Below, piece after piece: positions 59,868-64,000 of a stretch of 64,000 bases of DNA. The notes under the pieces are model-generated. The model was given only the letters and a program-made list of their open reading frames with translations. It had not been told where the DNA came from and ran no database searches. Position 1 is the first letter of the stretch. Every line of letters begins with the position of its first letter. Source of the stretch: an uncultured Leptospirales bacterium. GTDB lineage: Bacteria > Spirochaetota > UBA4802 > UBA5550. The stretch is taken from positions 3,168 to 67,167 of the forward strand of contig CAZEJW010000003.1 of the NCBI GenBank assembly GCA_964512685.1, written 5' to 3'. The translations under genes and the position numbers were made by a program.

Positions 59868-60020
59868 ATCCTCTTTTTTTGGATTTTCTGATATATTATA
59901 CTATCAGTATTCACTTTTCCTCATGCAAAAACCTCACCTTGACGACAATAATATGAGAGAGTCAATCCATTCATTTAGATGGAAAGGGATTAACCCAATA
60001 TTAAATGCTTGAGGCTTAAA

Positions 60021-60599
60021 ATGCAGAATATAGATTTCTATACTGGTAATCAGTCACGTGATTTCGCTCCAAGATTTGACAGACAGGATCCGGAATTTTT
60101 TTCATGCAGAGAAAACCCTGTTTTCCATGAAACCGATAAAAATCAAAAAAAGGCAGCCAGAATGCTTTTTGTCATTATAGCTTTATGCATTATGGCTTTC
60201 ACAACCGGACTGATAATCGGAATCAAATTTGCCGGAGGGCCGGATAAAAAAATTATTGATAACAATACATATAATACAATGACCGGAATCAGCTCAAAGG
60301 TTAGTGACTTTATTTCAAAAGGAAAAATTTCAGGAGAAAAAACATCGAAGCTTTTCCCAAAAGACGAATATCCCTTCGTAATAAGAATTGGCAATGCCTA
60401 CTCAAAAGCTGACTCAAAAAAAATTGCTGCTTTTCTCAGTTCTAAAGGGCATACAGTAATTATCTCCGAGAATGGTAATTCTTTCAAACTGTATACCGGA
60501 CCATATAAAAACAAAAAAGATGCCGAGAAAACGATTGACGAATGCAGCAAATATAAGAGTTATGCAATTGCAAATGACCTGAGAATAATGAAACGATAA
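60021..60599 (+). CDS. SPOR domain-containing membrane protein
   Basis: One TM; C-terminal FVIRIGNAYSKADSKKIAAFLSSKGH...FKLYTGPYKNKKDAEK resembles a SPOR repeat; ATG at 60021 preferred to TTG at 60009. Confidence 0.7.
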   Translation: MQNIDFYTGNQSRDFAPRFDRQDPEFFSCRENPVFHETDKNQKKAARMLFVIIALCIMAFTTGLIIGIKFAGGPDKKIIDNNTYNTMTGISSKVSDFISKGKISGEKTSKLFPKDEYPFVIRIGNAYSKADSKKIAAFLSSKGHTVIISENGNSFKLYTGPYKNKKDAEKTIDECSKYKSYAIANDLRIMKR

Positions 60600-60642
60600 T
60601 TCTTCACCTCACTTATTGCATCCTGATAACAAATCATATATA

Positions 60643-60690
60643 ATACAGCAGGTAAGTGAATTCCTGCTGTATCTGCATTCTGTTTAAATC
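60643..60690 (+). terminator. terminator candidate after the SPOR gene
   Basis: 10-bp stem ATACAGCAGG/CCTGCTGTAT, 10-nt loop, weak T-rich tail. Confidence 0.45.
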
Positions 60691-60756
60691 AAAGGCTCAC
60701 AATACAGGATGAAGATTTCAAACGGTCATTAAATTTCATGTATAACAATCGGGGCA

Positions 60757-61221
60757 ATGATGAAATATACTATACGCTCTGCAGACACTGATGATATAGA
60801 TTTTATTTATTCACTCACCAGTCATTACTCGGCAAAACGTCTCATGCTTGCAAGAAACAGAGATGAAATCAGGAAACTACTTGATACATTTCTTATAGCA
60901 GTAAAAGAAAGCATGCCTGTAGGGATAATATCGTATCATGATTACGGTCCGGGTCTTAAGGAAATAAGGTCTCTTGCTGTTTCTGAAGAGAATGCCCGTT
61001 CGGGGATTGGATCACTGCTTCTGCAGGATATGATAAAAAAAATAAACACCCTGAGCAAGGCAAGAATATTCGCGCTTACATATTCACCTGATTTTTTCAG
61101 AAAAAACGGATTCGTTGAAGTTTCCCGGGAATCACTGCCAGAAAAGATATGGAAGGACTGTCAGAACTGCCCTGACAGAGATAATTGCACAGAAACAGCG
61201 CTTGTTTACTCTCCGGAATAA
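60757..61221 (+). CDS. GNAT family N-acetyltransferase
   Basis: 154 aa; acetyl-CoA motif region IRSLAVSEENARSGIGSLLL. Confidence 0.75.
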   Translation: MMKYTIRSADTDDIDFIYSLTSHYSAKRLMLARNRDEIRKLLDTFLIAVKESMPVGIISYHDYGPGLKEIRSLAVSEENARSGIGSLLLQDMIKKINTLSKARIFALTYSPDFFRKNGFVEVSRESLPEKIWKDCQNCPDRDNCTETALVYSPE

Positions 61222-61225
61222 ATAA

Positions 61226-62098
61226 TTATTCACTGACGGTTTTAAAACTTTCAGTGATACTTTGTATAATTTTTTTCAATGAAATATATTTCTTTTCTGA
61301 ACAGAGAATTCTGATGCTGTACCCGAACCTGCCATTAATAACAAAACCAAAGACTCCTGCCACCCGGGGATCTGAATTTTTGAATGAATACCACATGGAT
61401 AATTCATCTGATGAAATAATATCAAGAGTTGTTCTTTCCCGGGGGATTCTTCCTTGAACATAATTCTTATACTCTGAAACAAAAGAGATTTTTTTCCCGA
61501 ATTTTTCACTGTCAATTGCTATGATAAAATCATATGATTTCTTTTCATTTGCATTTTTGAGATTCACTCCAAGTTTAACGCCCATGTATCTGTAAAGATC
61601 CGCCCCCCTGTCTCTTTTATTGATTAACTCAATTTTACCCGGAACACTGAGACTGTATCTCATTCTTTCATTTATAAAAGTGAATATATTATCCTCCCTG
61701 AAAAAAAGAAGGCATGCATCTTCATCCATCATTTTAAAACGCACACCATGTTTTTTCTCAAGAATACTGACTGTCTTCACTGCCATGGAGGAAGCAGTGT
61801 AAATCCTGTTGTTTTTGACCGGCATGGCAATTATTGACTTAAGAATAGTCAATCCACGCAGATAGTCACCTGAATCACTGAGTTCAATCCCAAGATTCAG
61901 ATAATAATCTATTCCATCACCAGAGACCGGTGTGACATTATATTGCGGGATAGAGGTAATTCTGATTTTACCGGCTTTATCATAGAAGTAGCGGTTGCCA
62001 TCTCGATCCCTGAAGAAACTCCAGTCAGGCATCTGTGAAAAGAGGAGATTTTGAGGAAAGAAAAATATAAATAATAACAATACTAATCTGATTTTCAT
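61226..62098 (-). CDS. hypothetical secreted protein
   Basis: 290 aa with signal peptide; the upstream gene's stop ends 1 nt before this start codon. Confidence 0.5.
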   Translation of the reverse strand: MKIRLVLLLFIFFFPQNLLFSQMPDWSFFRDRDGNRYFYDKAGKIRITSIPQYNVTPVSGDGIDYYLNLGIELSDSGDYLRGLTILKSIIAMPVKNNRIYTASSMAVKTVSILEKKHGVRFKMMDEDACLLFFREDNIFTFINERMRYSLSVPGKIELINKRDRGADLYRYMGVKLGVNLKNANEKKSYDFIIAIDSEKFGKKISFVSEYKNYVQGRIPRERTTLDIISSDELSMWYSFKNSDPRVAGVFGFVINGRFGYSIRILCSEKKYISLKKIIQSITESFKTVSE

Positions 62099-62099
62099 G

Positions 62100-63149
62100 T
62101 TAAAGCATCTGAAGAAGTATTATACCACCCAGAATGATAAGCCCAACCAATACAGCCATCAGATAAACAGCCTTGTTGCCTGACTCTTCATCCCCCTTTG
62201 TTTTTTTTATTTTTTCTTCAGAAGGTTCAAGCTGAACCTTAACGTTTTCCTCTTCAATAATTTTGGCAAGAACACCCTTTGCAACAAGAGCATACAGGAT
62301 GTAACCGCCCTTTTCAAGCGGAACCTTTTCCCTGAGTCTGCCCTTTATGGCTTTTACTTCACCTTCGGGAGAATATCCTTCCAAAACAGTCAGTATCTTC
62401 CTGGTCAGAGGATCGCGTCCGGTCAAAAGAACCATTATTTTTTCACCAGTGGTTATATCATTGATATACTTGCCCTTTACAGGAGAAACAATAATTTTTC
62501 CATCAACAATGTAATTGGCCTCAGATTCAATTTTATTTATAGTCTCATCTTCCTCTGTGACTTCAATCTTCTCCTGCGTTTCCTTTTCCTGTGGTTCTTC
62601 ATTGGAACCGGGAATATCGAATGAAATTCCTCCAAGCTCGAGAGAAAGAGAATTTGTCGTTTCAAGCTCAATCTGCGATTGAACAGAATCCTGTTTAAAA
62701 AAAGCTTTCAGGGATTCGCTCACAACTCTGGAAAGATCATCTAGATTTCCATCCTGTACAAATGGGAAGACATCATGAGAAATAAATGAATCAAGAAGAA
62801 AATCAGAAAATGAAGAAGAATCAATATTGTCGGGAGCCTCTTTATACGCAACAAGATCTTCGAAGAGTGATTTCCAGTCATCAAAAATTCTTACAGTTTT
62901 ATAGATGCTTTCATTTACAGACAGAGAAGAATTAATATAAGCTATAAATTCATCAAACACATTGAAAAAGGACAAAAACATTCCTGATTTATTTGATTCC
63001 TGAAAAAGAAATTTTCCCTTTATTGCAACGATATCCTGATATTGTCCTGATGCCATGGCCTTTGCTTTTGCCATGTCCCCATTGGTATACTTGAGGGCAA
63101 CATCAATCATCTTTGTTTTTTGATTTAATGATTCAAATTGCTGTGACAT
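62100..63149 (-). CDS. hypothetical tail-anchored membrane protein
   Basis: 349 aa; acidic linker; single C-terminal TM (VYLMAVLVGLIILGGIILL). Confidence 0.5.
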   Translation of the reverse strand: MSQQFESLNQKTKMIDVALKYTNGDMAKAKAMASGQYQDIVAIKGKFLFQESNKSGMFLSFFNVFDEFIAYINSSLSVNESIYKTVRIFDDWKSLFEDLVAYKEAPDNIDSSSFSDFLLDSFISHDVFPFVQDGNLDDLSRVVSESLKAFFKQDSVQSQIELETTNSLSLELGGISFDIPGSNEEPQEKETQEKIEVTEEDETINKIESEANYIVDGKIIVSPVKGKYINDITTGEKIMVLLTGRDPLTRKILTVLEGYSPEGEVKAIKGRLREKVPLEKGGYILYALVAKGVLAKIIEEENVKVQLEPSEEKIKKTKGDEESGNKAVYLMAVLVGLIILGGIILLQML

Positions 63150-63152
63150 GTT

Positions 63153-63620
63153 CTATTCCTGATCATCCGCAACACACTTTTCAAGAATTTCGTATTTCTT
63201 GGAGGGTGACAGATTTAATATTCTTTTAATACTCTGCAATAGTTTTGCTTTATATTTAACCGAAGTCTCTATGATGTAGTATCCTTCATCCTCAAGTCTG
63301 TTATAAATTCTCAGCCTGTCTGCTGGTATTCTGACTCCCAGGAAAGGTCCTTTTACTTTCAGTATGTGGCTGGGAGAAACATACTTTGTCGACAATTTGG
63401 CAACACCTATTTCAAGCCTTCTCAACTCGTGATAAGGCTTGTACTCTTCCTGACTGACAGACGACCATCGTGAAGGATTATCTGCCAGCCATACACTTAC
63501 TGAGTCATTCTCTTCACTGACAAAAACTCTGACATAAGTGTTATACTGTTTATAAAGAGAAAGAAGCCCATAAAGACTATCATCTTTTTTTTCGAGCTCT
63601 TTTTTGATTCCCGGTTTCAT
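63153..63620 (-). CDS. hypothetical protein
   Basis: 155 aa; 3-nt gap to the next gene; no recognisable domain. Confidence 0.5.
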   Translation of the reverse strand: MKPGIKKELEKKDDSLYGLLSLYKQYNTYVRVFVSEENDSVSVWLADNPSRWSSVSQEEYKPYHELRRLEIGVAKLSTKYVSPSHILKVKGPFLGVRIPADRLRIYNRLEDEGYYIIETSVKYKAKLLQSIKRILNLSPSKKYEILEKCVADDQE

Positions 63621-63644
63621 AGAATATATTGACCAGTTATATAT

Positions 63645-64000
63645 TTAGACTGCTTCAAACCTGTCATTTCCTCCGGGTCTTAAAATTCTCAGTTCCATCA
63701 GATTACTGATGTTTATTCTGAGTTTATCCTGCTTAATACCTGTAAAATGCGAAAGATCATCAAGATCAGTACGTCTGTTGATACGCATGTAATTTACAAT
63801 CGATTTTTCCGGTTCAGGAAGCGGGCCGATATAAAAATTATTATCCTCACAGATATTATCTGTTATTACAACAATTTTTTTTGTATTATAATTGGAATAC
63901 GTACTGAAGACAGACCCAATATTTACCTCAGCAATTTTTGAAATATTTTTGAGTTTGAGATAGATATCAAGTTTTTTTTCTACTGAATCAATTATCAGTT
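63645..64000 (-). CDS. partial CDS (3' end), possibly the DprA/Smf C-terminal region
   Basis: My own translation of the minus strand gives an open frame to the window edge ending ...YMRINRRTDLDDLSHFTGIKQDKLRINISNLMELRILRPGGNDRFEAV*, resembling the DprA C-terminal winged helix; not in the supplied ORF track because it is truncated. Confidence 0.4.
   Translation of the reverse strand, partial: LIIDSVEKKLDIYLKLKNISKIAEVNIGSVFSTYSNYNTKKIVVITDNICEDNNFYIGPLPEPEKSIVNYMRINRRTDLDDLSHFTGIKQDKLRINISNLMELRILRPGGNDRFEAV

Noticed and set aside
1-64000. CRISPR arrays, IS elements, rRNA, tmRNA, RNase P RNA
   Set aside because: Scanning the intergenic regions by eye showed no regularly spaced repeats, no transposase-like ORFs or terminal inverted repeats, and no conserved ncRNA core motifs such as GGAAAGUCCGG. 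A covariance-model scan would be needed for certainty.

Overview
AT-rich (by eye, not computed) chromosomal window, densely coding, with short operons alternating between strands. I found no CRISPR array, transposase, integrase, rRNA or prophage. The likely source is a spirochete: there are two tandem flaA genes (flagellar filament outer-layer protein), a ~900-aa long-form GreA and a PPi-type phosphofructokinase. Most genes are housekeeping: psd, pgsA, dapF, serC, lepB, pfp, a gpt-like PRT with a purine permease, a cell-wall amidase, an M23 peptidase, a deacetylase, a SPOR protein, a pseudouridine synthase and tRNA-Leu(CAG). None of the candidates below matches a named system, and all need database or structure checks I cannot run. 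Candidates worth follow-up, best first: (1) A tight minus-strand operon encoding a REC-PAS-kinase-like protein, a 4-OT tautomerase, an 81-aa secreted basic peptide with a mirror-symmetric six-Cys pattern, and a MacB/FtsX-type ABC pair. (2) An exported DUF362 protein translationally coupled to a NapH-like membrane polyferredoxin, downstream of nikR and an AraC regulator. (3) An ADP-ribosylglycohydrolase-family protein that has lost both acidic metal-binding motifs. (4) An NDP-sugar pyrophosphorylase fused to a phosphohexomutase-like module with degenerate catalytic motifs. (5) A yidD-led four-gene operon with two paralogous TPR/membrane-hairpin proteins. (6) A dprA-led operon of three unknown proteins. 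(7) A 38-nt near-perfect palindrome in a 513-bp divergent intergenic region.
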